Positions 26,801 to 35,702 of a DNA stretch of 64,000 nucleotides are shown here, one piece after another. The notes under the pieces were generated by a model that worked only from the letters and a program-made list of their open reading frames with translations, was not told where the DNA came from and ran no database searches. How positions within the stretch are numbered: the stretch's first letter is position 1; each line of letters begins with the position of its first letter. Made by a program: the position numbers and the translations under genes. The stretch comes from Spirochaetia bacterium (GTDB lineage Bacteria; Spirochaetota; Spirochaetia; DSM-27196; Salinispiraceae), in assembly GCA_038204425.1 (NCBI GenBank), contig JBBRCZ010000007.1:1-64000 (forward strand), in the 5' to 3' direction.

Positions 26801-28402
26801 ATGGCAAACAAAAAAAGCATTTTGGTCATTGTTCTCTTAGCCGTCATTCTGACGGCGGCGTCATTGGCCGTTATTTTTCTATGGCAGGCGGAACCCGAAG
26901 GTATAGTCATCGGTATTTCCACGCTTCCAGATTCTCTCAATCCTATCCTTGAGCAAAACTTGCAGGGCAAGAACGCCAACGAGCTCATCTTTGATGGCTT
27001 GGCCAACTGGGAAGTCGATGTTCAAAGTGGCAAACGCTATGTAGACAACGCTTTGGCAGAAAACATCGTTCAGGACGAGCTGACCAAGAAGATCTACACA
27101 ATCACACTCAAGCAAGCGCAGTGGCACGACAAGACTCCGGTGACTGCTCAAGATGTCAAGTTTTCTTTTGATGCCTATATGCTTGAATCTAATCAGTCTC
27201 CCCATCGAGAGTACTTAGCCTCTTTTATTGATTCGGTCAACGTAATTGATGATCAAAACTTGACCATCGAGTTCCGAAAGCCAATTCCTGACTATGCAGC
27301 GATTCCAATCCTGACTTTCAAAATTATTCCTTCTGTTTATCAGGGTCAAAAGTTGTCCACCGACCTTAGAAGTGGCAAACTGGAACAAGAATTTGCTAAA
27401 AAACCAATCGGCAGTGGTCCCTTTGTTCTGGACGCTTGGGAAATAGGCAAGTGGCTTAGCTTTAAGGCCAACCCAGTTTACTTTCGCAAAGTTCCTGGTT
27501 CTGACTCGGTTGTTCTTAGAAACATCATTGACCCTGTCGTAAGGCTCAACGAATTTCGCCAAAAAAGACTCAATATGATTTTGGAAACCTCCCCAATTGA
27601 GCGCCCCGAAGTAGAAAAGATTGGCAACGTTACCTTTAATTCCTTTGTTCCCTATGCTTTCTACCAAGTTGCCTTTAACACCAAGTCAGAACTCTTCTCC
27701 AACTTGGAAGCTCGCCAGGCACTAAGTCACATAGTCGACCGCGCAGCCTTAGCACCATCCATCACCGACCGTGACGGCATGGCAGTACTTAACAACGGAC
27801 CGTTTCCTTCCAATATTTTTGACCGCGAGTTTGAAGAGTTTAATATTAAACCCTTTACCAACTACATGCCTCTAAACATGTCACAAGCCAAGGATCTGGC
27901 CCAAAAGACAGGATTGGCCGGCAAGATAGTTGGACTACTCTATCCTGATAGTCTTGGCGAGTTTGGCGACATGGTGGCTAATAACCTAGTTACTCAGTTT
28001 GCTTTACTTGGCCTAACCGTAGAGGCAAAAAAAACAGGCGATCAAGTATTTAAGCGTCTGGTATTTGCCGAAAAGAACTACGACATGGCTCTGGTCTATA
28101 GTGACGGCTTTGACAACTTCTACGACAAGTTAAACACTTGGTACCGAAGTAACGGTGTCAACAATATCTACGGTCTTTCAGATCGCAATGTTGACAAACT
28201 GTTTGATAACCTAAACGCAGTCAGCCTTAAGTTTGACATGAGCACCTTGATTCGTGAGATTCATGACGACTTGAGCGCTTTGGCCGTCTCGATCAACTTG
28301 TTTACACTGCAGAAAGACGTCTATTCACGAGCCATCAAAAATGTCGTGATAGCCTCGGACAACCCTTTTCTCTCAGTAGAAGAGTGGGAACAGGTTAAGT
28401 AA
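26801..28402 (+). CDS. ABC transporter substrate-binding protein, family 5 (peptide/nickel type)
   Basis: PDSLNP, LIFDGL, WHDKTPVTAQDVKFS, PIGSGPF and ARQALS. N-terminal hydrophobic anchor without a lipobox. Confidence 0.88.
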   Translation: MANKKSILVIVLLAVILTAASLAVIFLWQAEPEGIVIGISTLPDSLNPILEQNLQGKNANELIFDGLANWEVDVQSGKRYVDNALAENIVQDELTKKIYTITLKQAQWHDKTPVTAQDVKFSFDAYMLESNQSPHREYLASFIDSVNVIDDQNLTIEFRKPIPDYAAIPILTFKIIPSVYQGQKLSTDLRSGKLEQEFAKKPIGSGPFVLDAWEIGKWLSFKANPVYFRKVPGSDSVVLRNIIDPVVRLNEFRQKRLNMILETSPIERPEVEKIGNVTFNSFVPYAFYQVAFNTKSELFSNLEARQALSHIVDRAALAPSITDRDGMAVLNNGPFPSNIFDREFEEFNIKPFTNYMPLNMSQAKDLAQKTGLAGKIVGLLYPDSLGEFGDMVANNLVTQFALLGLTVEAKKTGDQVFKRLVFAEKNYDMALVYSDGFDNFYDKLNTWYRSNGVNNIYGLSDRNVDKLFDNLNAVSLKFDMSTLIREIHDDLSALAVSINLFTLQKDVYSRAIKNVVIASDNPFLSVEEWEQVK

Positions 28403-28403
28403 G

Positions 28404-29288
28404 ATGCGATTTTTAAACTTTTTACTCTATGAGCTTGGCCTTCGGGCCATTCTCTTTACCGTAATTGGTACCGCCGCCCTTTCGTCATTGTACCTGCTAT
28501 CTATTGGTGCGCCAGCTGAGCAATATGCTCAAGCTGGTGTTTCTTTTGTGCAGATGTTTGTTGGATCAGGCGATCAAGCCCAAAGCCGCGCTGGCTTTAG
28601 TGCAGGAGAAATAATAGCTTCGGGCGCCGCGGTAACTTTTCCTTTGGCATTGGCCTCATTGCTATTCCTAATCCTGCTATCGTTAACTAGTGCCTCTTTG
28701 GCAACCTCGTCCACCTTCTTGGCCAAAGACCACGGCCACGTCAAGAGCGGGCAGATATTCAAAGGCTTTGGTTTTGTGTCGTCATTTTTGTCGGCCATCC
28801 CGGTCTTTGTGGGATTTTGGTTCTTGGGCGGCATCTACGGTATCAGCCCTCCCTTTATCCTGATTCCTATCCTGCTCGTGACAATTGGTGGTTTGGGCTG
28901 GGATGCATCACGCTTTTTGATAAGCGAGATGAGGCGCCAACTTGACACCACCCACACGCTAGTATTTGGAACTCTTGGGCCGCCAGTTGGCCGAGTTTTT
29001 CCACTGCCGGGTACATTGACCGGTTACCTGGTCAACTCCTGTGCGCCACGTTTTATCCCCTACATCGCCGGCAAGGTTCCTGCCATCATTGGCAGCGTCA
29101 CCGTTGCGGAAATGGTCTTTTCATTTCCGGGATTGGGTCGAACCTTGCTCGATGCCCTACTTACCAAGAACACCGATTTGTTAATTTCCGCAGTATTTGT
29201 ATTGCTGGCAGTTAACGCCGTCGTAACGTTCATCGTCAAAACTGTGCTCTTTGTTCTTTATCCGAGGTGGTATGAAAAAGCTCTCTAA
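28404..29288 (+). CDS. Divergent ABC permease (OppB/DppB-like)
   Basis: Multi-TM protein with C-terminal IGSVTVAEMVFSFPGLGRTLLDALL typical of OppB. Confidence 0.8.
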   Translation: MRFLNFLLYELGLRAILFTVIGTAALSSLYLLSIGAPAEQYAQAGVSFVQMFVGSGDQAQSRAGFSAGEIIASGAAVTFPLALASLLFLILLSLTSASLATSSTFLAKDHGHVKSGQIFKGFGFVSSFLSAIPVFVGFWFLGGIYGISPPFILIPILLVTIGGLGWDASRFLISEMRRQLDTTHTLVFGTLGPPVGRVFPLPGTLTGYLVNSCAPRFIPYIAGKVPAIIGSVTVAEMVFSFPGLGRTLLDALLTKNTDLLISAVFVLLAVNAVVTFIVKTVLFVLYPRWYEKAL

Positions 29289-30081
29289 AATCCTGCGAAT
29301 TGTCGGCATAGCCGTTCTTATTTCGCCTTTTGTCATCGCTTGGATGCCTTTCTTAAAGGACGTCTTACTTGCCGGTGTCAGCCCTGCGTATCAGAACGTT
29401 GTCTTCGGTTCATTTCAGCAGCTCACAGTCACCTTGCTCACAACCTTAGCGGTAGCAATGGTGGTAACTATAGTTCTTGGTTACTTTAGTATCCTCAGCA
29501 TGGGATTTGGCCGAACCAGCCGCAACATTCTGGATGGCATAGAATCAATTCCAGCCATTTTGGTTGCGCTTTTTTGCTATGCTCCTGTGTCGAGTTTCCT
29601 TGCCAGCAGTAGCCAATCTTATTCGTCCGTGGTGTCGCTTATGGTCTTCGTTTTTGCAGCAACCATAACTACACTACCAGAGTCAGTACGAGGTGTTGCG
29701 CTTCCACTCAGTGAGCTCTATCACCGCAAGTATAGCGTCTCATTTAGAGCCTATGGCTTTACCAAGGGTAGAATCCTGACCATTCTGATGAACTCCCGAA
29801 CCATGCGCGATGTTTTTAGAAGAACATCCGCCAGCATCTTGCTGCGCACCTTGGTTTTGGATTGTTCATTTGGCTTCATCATTCAGCTCGGTATGGGTAG
29901 TTACGGTACACCCGCCCATTCAAGCCCGGGTGCTTTGATTGCCGCCAGCCGAGACGTTATGTTTAATGCTAACCTAACTGCCGGTCGCACGCCACTCATG
30001 TTTTGGCTGCCGGTAATCTTGTTGGTTAGTGTAAGCTTGGCGTTCCTCTTGCTCTTGGGCAACGACAAGGAGGCCGAATAA
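29272..30081 (+). CDS. Divergent ABC permease (OppC/DppC-like)
   Basis: Multi-TM protein with DGIESIPAIL and an EAA-like loop YSVSFRAYG. GAGGTGG RBS before ATG 29272. Confidence 0.75.
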   Translation: MKKLSKILRIVGIAVLISPFVIAWMPFLKDVLLAGVSPAYQNVVFGSFQQLTVTLLTTLAVAMVVTIVLGYFSILSMGFGRTSRNILDGIESIPAILVALFCYAPVSSFLASSSQSYSSVVSLMVFVFAATITTLPESVRGVALPLSELYHRKYSVSFRAYGFTKGRILTILMNSRTMRDVFRRTSASILLRTLVLDCSFGFIIQLGMGSYGTPAHSSPGALIAASRDVMFNANLTAGRTPLMFWLPVILLVSVSLAFLLLLGNDKEAE

Positions 30082-31577
30082 TGAGCGCAACAACTGGTGT
30101 GGCACCAATCATAATTAAGTCGTTTTCGGTTCATCTGAAAGATCGCCTTTTGTTTGACATTGATCATTTTAGCCCCGAGGCCGGAACTTCCACGGTCATA
30201 ATCGGCGCCACCGGAACCGGAAAATCGGTTTTACTCAAGTCAATCTCAGGACTGCTACCTGCGACAACCTTTAAGGTTAAGGGTTCCATGACCTTGCATG
30301 GTTATAACGCCTATATTGACGGCAAGAAGACCAGCTACCATATCTGGAACCAGATCCGCCACAAAGGTATTACCTTTGTACCCGCAGAAACTGCCCAGGC
30401 AATGAACCCTGCCCTGTCACTCGACCAAAACTTGAGACTGATAGCTCCAGAAGAACGGCAAGTGGTAGAAAAACGTCTCAAAGACTACTTTAAGATGGAC
30501 TTTGCCAAGTTCTCACGGCTCTACCCTGATGAAGTTAGCGGTGGTGAGTTGCAGAGAATTACCTTGATGATCTTGCTTTCTCGCAAGAGCGATGTGGTAT
30601 TCTTGGACGAACCTACCGTTAACCTTGACCGTCAGCTACGCAAACGCTTTATTGAGTTCCTCAACGCCGAAATCTTGGGTAAACATGGCAAGACTGTTTT
30701 GATAGCAAGTCATGATCTTGATTTTGTTAGAGCACTCAACCTAGACAAGATTGTCCAACTCGATAAGGCGGCTCTCAAGGTAGTCGAAAAACTACCGGAA
30801 AGCAGCGGCTACGAAAAAGCAGCTGCCGACCTTACTGGTGCCGAAGGTCTAGATCTAAAGGACGTTTCGCAGTACTACATGGCGCGCGGCATCTTTGGTG
30901 AGCGTAAAGCCCATGCTTTTAGCCATCTAAACGTTAACTTTAAGCGTTCTCACATCTACGGAATTACTGGTCCCAGTGGTTGTGGCAAGACGAGCATGAT
31001 CAAAGCGATTCTTCGCTTGATTGACGGCTCATCGGGCACCATCCAGTTTGAGAACCAAAACCTGATAGCGCTCAAACCAATCGAGAACGGCAAAGACCCT
31101 GCCTCCTTTGTTCCCTATCGTAGGCGCATGGCCATTGTACAACAGGATTCGCGCTTCTCGTTTTTTCCAGACCTAAACATCCGCGATTCTTTGCAGCAGA
31201 TCAACAAAGTAGCAGGACTTGGCGACACCGTTGATTCACAAGCAATTGAAGATCTGATGAAGTTGATCGGGCTGCCACTGACCCTGCTTGACGGGCTTCC
31301 ACGCAACTTGAGCTCTGGTGAGATGAAGCGTATGGATATTGTGCGTGTACTGGCAGCCAAGCCTGATATTATTCTGCTCGACGAGCCGTTTGCTCACATT
31401 GACTTTGAAACTCGTTCAAAAGTAATGAAGGCAATTGCCGACTATTTAAAACAGGCTGGGGCTATCCTGATAGTAGTAACCCACGAAGACTTTGACTTAA
31501 AGTACTTTGTAGAAACCAGTTACGACTTCTTGAGTATGTGTAAGAGCGGCCTAAGCACCGATTCTATCGCAACGTGA
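30081..31577 (+). CDS. ABC ATP-binding protein with two fused NBDs
   Basis: NBD1: GATGTGKS, VSGGE, FLDEP, SHD. NBD2: GPSGCGKT, LSSGE, LLDEP, THE. Confidence 0.92.
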   Translation: MSATTGVAPIIIKSFSVHLKDRLLFDIDHFSPEAGTSTVIIGATGTGKSVLLKSISGLLPATTFKVKGSMTLHGYNAYIDGKKTSYHIWNQIRHKGITFVPAETAQAMNPALSLDQNLRLIAPEERQVVEKRLKDYFKMDFAKFSRLYPDEVSGGELQRITLMILLSRKSDVVFLDEPTVNLDRQLRKRFIEFLNAEILGKHGKTVLIASHDLDFVRALNLDKIVQLDKAALKVVEKLPESSGYEKAAADLTGAEGLDLKDVSQYYMARGIFGERKAHAFSHLNVNFKRSHIYGITGPSGCGKTSMIKAILRLIDGSSGTIQFENQNLIALKPIENGKDPASFVPYRRRMAIVQQDSRFSFFPDLNIRDSLQQINKVAGLGDTVDSQAIEDLMKLIGLPLTLLDGLPRNLSSGEMKRMDIVRVLAAKPDIILLDEPFAHIDFETRSKVMKAIADYLKQAGAILIVVTHEDFDLKYFVETSYDFLSMCKSGLSTDSIAT

Positions 31578-31581
31578 GGCA

Positions 31582-31608
31582 GCCAATACTGGCCAATACT
31601 GGCCAATA
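31582..31608. repeat. Short intergenic tandem repeat, GCCAATACTG x 2.7
   Basis: GCCAATACTG GCCAATACTG GCCAATA read directly from the sequence. Confidence 0.8.
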
Positions 31609-31631
31609 AAATTACCAGTTAAAAGCTTAAG

Positions 31632-31656
31632 GCTGCCCCTGCATGGGGCAGCTTTT
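31632..31656 (+). terminator. Intrinsic terminator of the ABC operon
   Basis: GCTGCCCC-TGCAT-GGGGCAGC stem-loop followed by TTTT, between convergent genes. Confidence 0.7.
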
Positions 31657-32655
31657 CTATTTAGTAGCCAGTCCTGCGTTATTGATGAGACTTCGTTTGC
31701 CACCAGTCCAAAACGAATGTTCGTTTTCACGCTTCATTGAGCCGCCGATGATTACCGTTGCTTTGCCTTCTTCAAAAGGTAACACAAAGTCCCAAGCTGC
31801 CTTGATGGCTACTTGGCCGGTAAAATCAAAATAGCCCATTTTTTTGCCGTCCACGTAGCGCGCCAGCCCTCCGGAAAAGTAATCTGGCCCATTGTCATAG
31901 TTAAAGATCTCAAACTTAATCTTGCCGTCCCAATCTATCAAAACAAAGCCTCGGTCTTGGGTCAGTACTGCCGCATGATTCCATTCGTCAAAATCCATAG
32001 CCATCAACCAAACAGGCTTTACCAGCCAGTCTTCTGTCTTATTGCTTTTGATTCCATAGAACCCAGTGGCCTGATCTTCCTCCAAAAAACGATACTCACT
32101 TATTTGCACGACTTTATTTTCATATGCCAGCGAGTTGTCCATGGTGGCAACGCGATTAAACACAAACAGCGTGTAAAAGCCAAGATCAACCTCTCGCGAC
32201 TCTGGGCCACGGCTAAGAAGACCGGTCTTGAGAACAACCGTCTTGCCACGCACAACAACGCTGTCAAACCGCAGCGGGCCCATACGGCTTTCGTCTTGCA
32301 CAATTAGCACAGCAAAAAATTTGGCAAAGTCAAGTTGGTACTCTCTAATGAGATCGGGGTTTTCTTCCCGCTCGCCTCCTCGGCGCTCAGCGCTAGGAAG
32401 CGTGCTTGGTATCGCCTCAACCAGGCTTTGCAGAGCAGCCTTAGTGGCTATAAGACTTGGTTTGGGCACAATAGCAGCCGAGCCCATACCGGGACCGGTT
32501 CGCGTCAGCTGATAAGATCCAGTCATAACTGACTGCAGCCGCACTTGTTGGGCCGAGACAGAAACTAAAGAAGCAAGCAAAAATGCGCTCAACATAGTCA
32601 AGGTCATGCTGGCTCTTGACAATCGATTAATTTTTGACGTTTGGCTGGTTTTCAT
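31657..32655 (-). CDS. Exported WG-repeat (KWG Leptospira-type) protein
   Basis: Signal peptide; C-terminal DNGPDYFSGGLAR, KMGYFDFTGQVAI and PFEEGKA repeats. Confidence 0.75.
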   Translation of the reverse strand: MKTSQTSKINRLSRASMTLTMLSAFLLASLVSVSAQQVRLQSVMTGSYQLTRTGPGMGSAAIVPKPSLIATKAALQSLVEAIPSTLPSAERRGGEREENPDLIREYQLDFAKFFAVLIVQDESRMGPLRFDSVVVRGKTVVLKTGLLSRGPESREVDLGFYTLFVFNRVATMDNSLAYENKVVQISEYRFLEEDQATGFYGIKSNKTEDWLVKPVWLMAMDFDEWNHAAVLTQDRGFVLIDWDGKIKFEIFNYDNGPDYFSGGLARYVDGKKMGYFDFTGQVAIKAAWDFVLPFEEGKATVIIGGSMKRENEHSFWTGGKRSLINNAGLATK

Positions 32656-32759
32656 ACTTCACCTCCAGATGAGAAACACCTAAAGCCTAATGCTCGCAAT
32701 GGCATAATGCAAGTCTAGTTGCGATTGACCAGCAAGCCAAAGCGCTGTAGTTTAAGTTC

Positions 32760-33224
32760 ATGAACCAGCAAGAATTAAAAGAGGGCCACCGCGCGCCCGA
32801 CTTTACCCTAAACAACCAAGATCAAAAACCAGTAAGTTTGAGCTCCCTGCGTGGTCAGACGGTGGTACTTTTCTTCTATCCGCAAGATGACACCCCCGGT
32901 TGCACCAAAGAGGCCTGTAGTTTGCGCAATGGCGTAGAAGATGGCAGCTTAGCCGGTGTTACGCTAATTGGCATTAGCCCAGACAACATTTTGTCACATC
33001 AACAATTTCGCATGAAATACCAGCTTCCCTTTGATCTCTTAACCGACCCAGATCACAAGGTACTGGAACTATATGGAGCCTGGGGAGAAAAGAATCTCTA
33101 CGGCAAGGTGGGTGTTGGTGTCAAACGGTCAACGATTGTCATTGATTCGGAAGGCCTGATAAAAAAGATCATCCGCAAGGTAAATACCGACGACCACGCA
33201 GTACAAGTTAAACCTTACCTCTAG
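32760..33224 (+). CDS. bcp: Peroxiredoxin Bcp/PrxQ
   Basis: APDFTL, FFYPQDDTPGCTKEAC (PxxxTxxC plus resolving Cys), GISPD and KRST. Confidence 0.93.
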   Translation: MNQQELKEGHRAPDFTLNNQDQKPVSLSSLRGQTVVLFFYPQDDTPGCTKEACSLRNGVEDGSLAGVTLIGISPDNILSHQQFRMKYQLPFDLLTDPDHKVLELYGAWGEKNLYGKVGVGVKRSTIVIDSEGLIKKIIRKVNTDDHAVQVKPYL

Positions 33225-33243
33225 GCTTGGCTGTGGGCCAAGT

Positions 33244-35688
33244 TTACTGGCTGCTAGGTCTTTGCAAGATGGTAAAACGGCGCGTCAAGCTCTTGCCTGC
33301 GTCGTCCATCACCAAAAGCTCATGTGTTCCAGCGCTCGGCCTGAGTTCAATACTGTGTATGTCGTTGCTTGATCCCAAATAGCCCCCGTCAAGGTGCCAA
33401 TAGAGCTTGCTTTGAGGATCACGGTGGGCAACCTGAAATACCGTTTTCCCAAGCGTTCCATCAATTTCTATCGGAATATAGATGAGTGCATTTTCCTCAG
33501 GAAAAACTAGACTAAATCGACGTTGTTCATCATCGCTCTGCAAGGCTGCTAGACTTGGATCCAGTGGTGGTAGCGGTTTGTAGAGTCCGTTCCAACGTCG
33601 GTAGTAAAACTCAAGCGCCGGCGGCAAGACAAACCAACGGCGATGCAACATTTTTTCTACCGGGTAGGTCTGCGAGCCAACTTGGCGTGTCCCTGTCTCG
33701 TCCAAGTGAATCGTGCGGCAGTAGGGGCAGACCTGACTCTCTTGAGCCCTGCGTGGAAGCAACTGTTCCTTGCTGTTTTGGCAATCGGGTCCAGCCAAGT
33801 AGCCAGAGTCCGTACAAACTTTAACTAGATACAATCCACTTGCTGGGGCAAAGGGCGGACTTTTAGGCAGGATACCAAAAATCTCAAACAAGACTGGCGC
33901 TGCAGCTTCGGAACCCTTGAGACCGGGCCTACCTTGGCCACTTGCGTTGCCTACCCATACTGCTACCACATAACGACTGCTGGCTCCAATCGCCCAAGCG
34001 TCTCTGTATCCTTGGCTCGTGCCAGTTTTCCATGCAATTTGTCGTGCATGGGCAAATTGTTCCCAGGAGGCCTCGTCCTCTGGCCTATGCACATTGGTAA
34101 GGGTCATTGCAGTCAACCACGCACTTGCGGGGCTTATGGGGTAGTCTTTAAAAGGTAAACGGTTTTGCGCTTGGTTGGCAAGATCGGCAAAGAGCCAGCT
34201 TAGCTCCCAGAGGCTGGCCTCGGCGCCACCAATTACCAAAGGAAGTCCATACATGTCGGCTGTCCTAAACAAGGAGCTTATGCCCAGTATCTTGAGCTGG
34301 TCGTAAAATCGCTTTATACCGTAGCTGCGCAACAATCTCACAAAAGGAATGTTGAGGCTGCGTGCCAGGGCTTCGGAGGCTGGAACGGCACCGCCATAGC
34401 GCTTGATATTATTCTCGGGCATAAAGCCACCAAAGCGGGTTGGAATATCGACAACCAGTTGGTCAGGCAAGAGCTCACCAGCTTCAAGCATAAGTGCGTA
34501 CAAAAATGGTTTGAGCAAGCTACCTGTACTACGCCGCGCTAGAATCAAGTCGTTCCAGAATCCCTCGTCACCTTGCAATTTTGCAACACCAACGTTGGGT
34601 CGGTTGCCGGCCCAGGCAAGAACTTTGTTTTCGGCCAGATCAATCACCAAGGCGGACAAGTGTTGGATACCGTTGCCTTGCAACCGTTCTTGGTGACGAG
34701 CCAGAATATCGTTAAGATTTTGCTGTTGAAAGTAGTCAATAGAAGTTTTAAAGACAGGCCCCTTGCCTTCTATGGCCCGGTCAAGGCTGTGCAGCATTGC
34801 TCCATAACCAGCAAGCTGGCCAAAATCCTCGCCGCCCGCTTTTCGTCGTGCCAGATCCAACAAGTGTGGGCTCAGATGTGGCAGCTCACGAGGCCTCAAA
34901 GGAATGTCCTCAGCCAGTGCTGAACGAAGACTCGCTTGGTCAAGTTCTCCATTGGCTGCCAAGGCATACAAGAGTCTGTCGCGCTTTTCTTTTAATTGTT
35001 GGCGATTTCTACCTGGATGCATGAGAGCTGGACTGTTGGGCAGGACGGCCAAAAGCGCCGACTCGCCCCAGGATAGCATGTGCGGGCCTCGCCCAAACCA
35101 GCGCCAAGACGCTGCTTCTATGCCGACTACATTGGCCCCAAAAGGAGCATTGTTTGCATAACTGCGCAGTATCTCTTGCTTTGTAGTAAGCACTTCCATT
35201 CCCAAGGCTAAGATGGACTCAAGAACCTTCTCTGGTATGGTTCTATCCGGGTTACCACGGGACATTCTCACAACTTGCATAGTCAAGGTTGAGCCACCTG
35301 AGACGACTTTTCCTTGACTGACATTACTAAACAAGGCTCGTGTCAGTGCCACCGGATCCAAACCACGGTGCAAATAGAAACGTCGATCCTCAAAAGCAAC
35401 TAATGCTTTGACGTATTTTTGCGGCAATTCCGTACTAGATTCAAACCGCCACTGACCGTCCTTGGCAATGCTGGCACCAAGAAGGCGTCCCTCGCGATCC
35501 AACAAGACGGTAGAAAATGGCAAGTCAAAGAGTAGCCGAGGAAAAAGCACGTTGACGACAACAAGCAACAACAGACCAAATGCCAATGAAAACACTGGAG
35601 CATAGAAAAAACCCCAGCCCAATGGCAGGGGTTTTTCCAAATAAGTATCTTTGATTTCTTGTGTCTTCACTGCACGCGCATCAAGCAA
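33244..35688 (-). CDS. pbpC: Penicillin-binding protein 1C
   Basis: Transglycosylase EDRRFYLHRGLDP and GGSTLTMQ; transpeptidase SLLK, SLN and KTGT; C-terminal LYWHLDG domain. Directly downstream of alpha-2-macroglobulin. Confidence 0.93.
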   Translation of the reverse strand: MLDARAVKTQEIKDTYLEKPLPLGWGFFYAPVFSLAFGLLLLVVVNVLFPRLLFDLPFSTVLLDREGRLLGASIAKDGQWRFESSTELPQKYVKALVAFEDRRFYLHRGLDPVALTRALFSNVSQGKVVSGGSTLTMQVVRMSRGNPDRTIPEKVLESILALGMEVLTTKQEILRSYANNAPFGANVVGIEAASWRWFGRGPHMLSWGESALLAVLPNSPALMHPGRNRQQLKEKRDRLLYALAANGELDQASLRSALAEDIPLRPRELPHLSPHLLDLARRKAGGEDFGQLAGYGAMLHSLDRAIEGKGPVFKTSIDYFQQQNLNDILARHQERLQGNGIQHLSALVIDLAENKVLAWAGNRPNVGVAKLQGDEGFWNDLILARRSTGSLLKPFLYALMLEAGELLPDQLVVDIPTRFGGFMPENNIKRYGGAVPASEALARSLNIPFVRLLRSYGIKRFYDQLKILGISSLFRTADMYGLPLVIGGAEASLWELSWLFADLANQAQNRLPFKDYPISPASAWLTAMTLTNVHRPEDEASWEQFAHARQIAWKTGTSQGYRDAWAIGASSRYVVAVWVGNASGQGRPGLKGSEAAAPVLFEIFGILPKSPPFAPASGLYLVKVCTDSGYLAGPDCQNSKEQLLPRRAQESQVCPYCRTIHLDETGTRQVGSQTYPVEKMLHRRWFVLPPALEFYYRRWNGLYKPLPPLDPSLAALQSDDEQRRFSLVFPEENALIYIPIEIDGTLGKTVFQVAHRDPQSKLYWHLDGGYLGSSNDIHSIELRPSAGTHELLVMDDAGKSLTRRFTILQRPSSQ

Positions 35689-35702
35689 AGAAGCCGCACG
35701 CT

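Noticed and set aside
31582..31608. CRISPR-like or iteron repeat
   Set aside because: Only 2.7 contiguous 10-bp units, with no spacers and no cas or rep genes.
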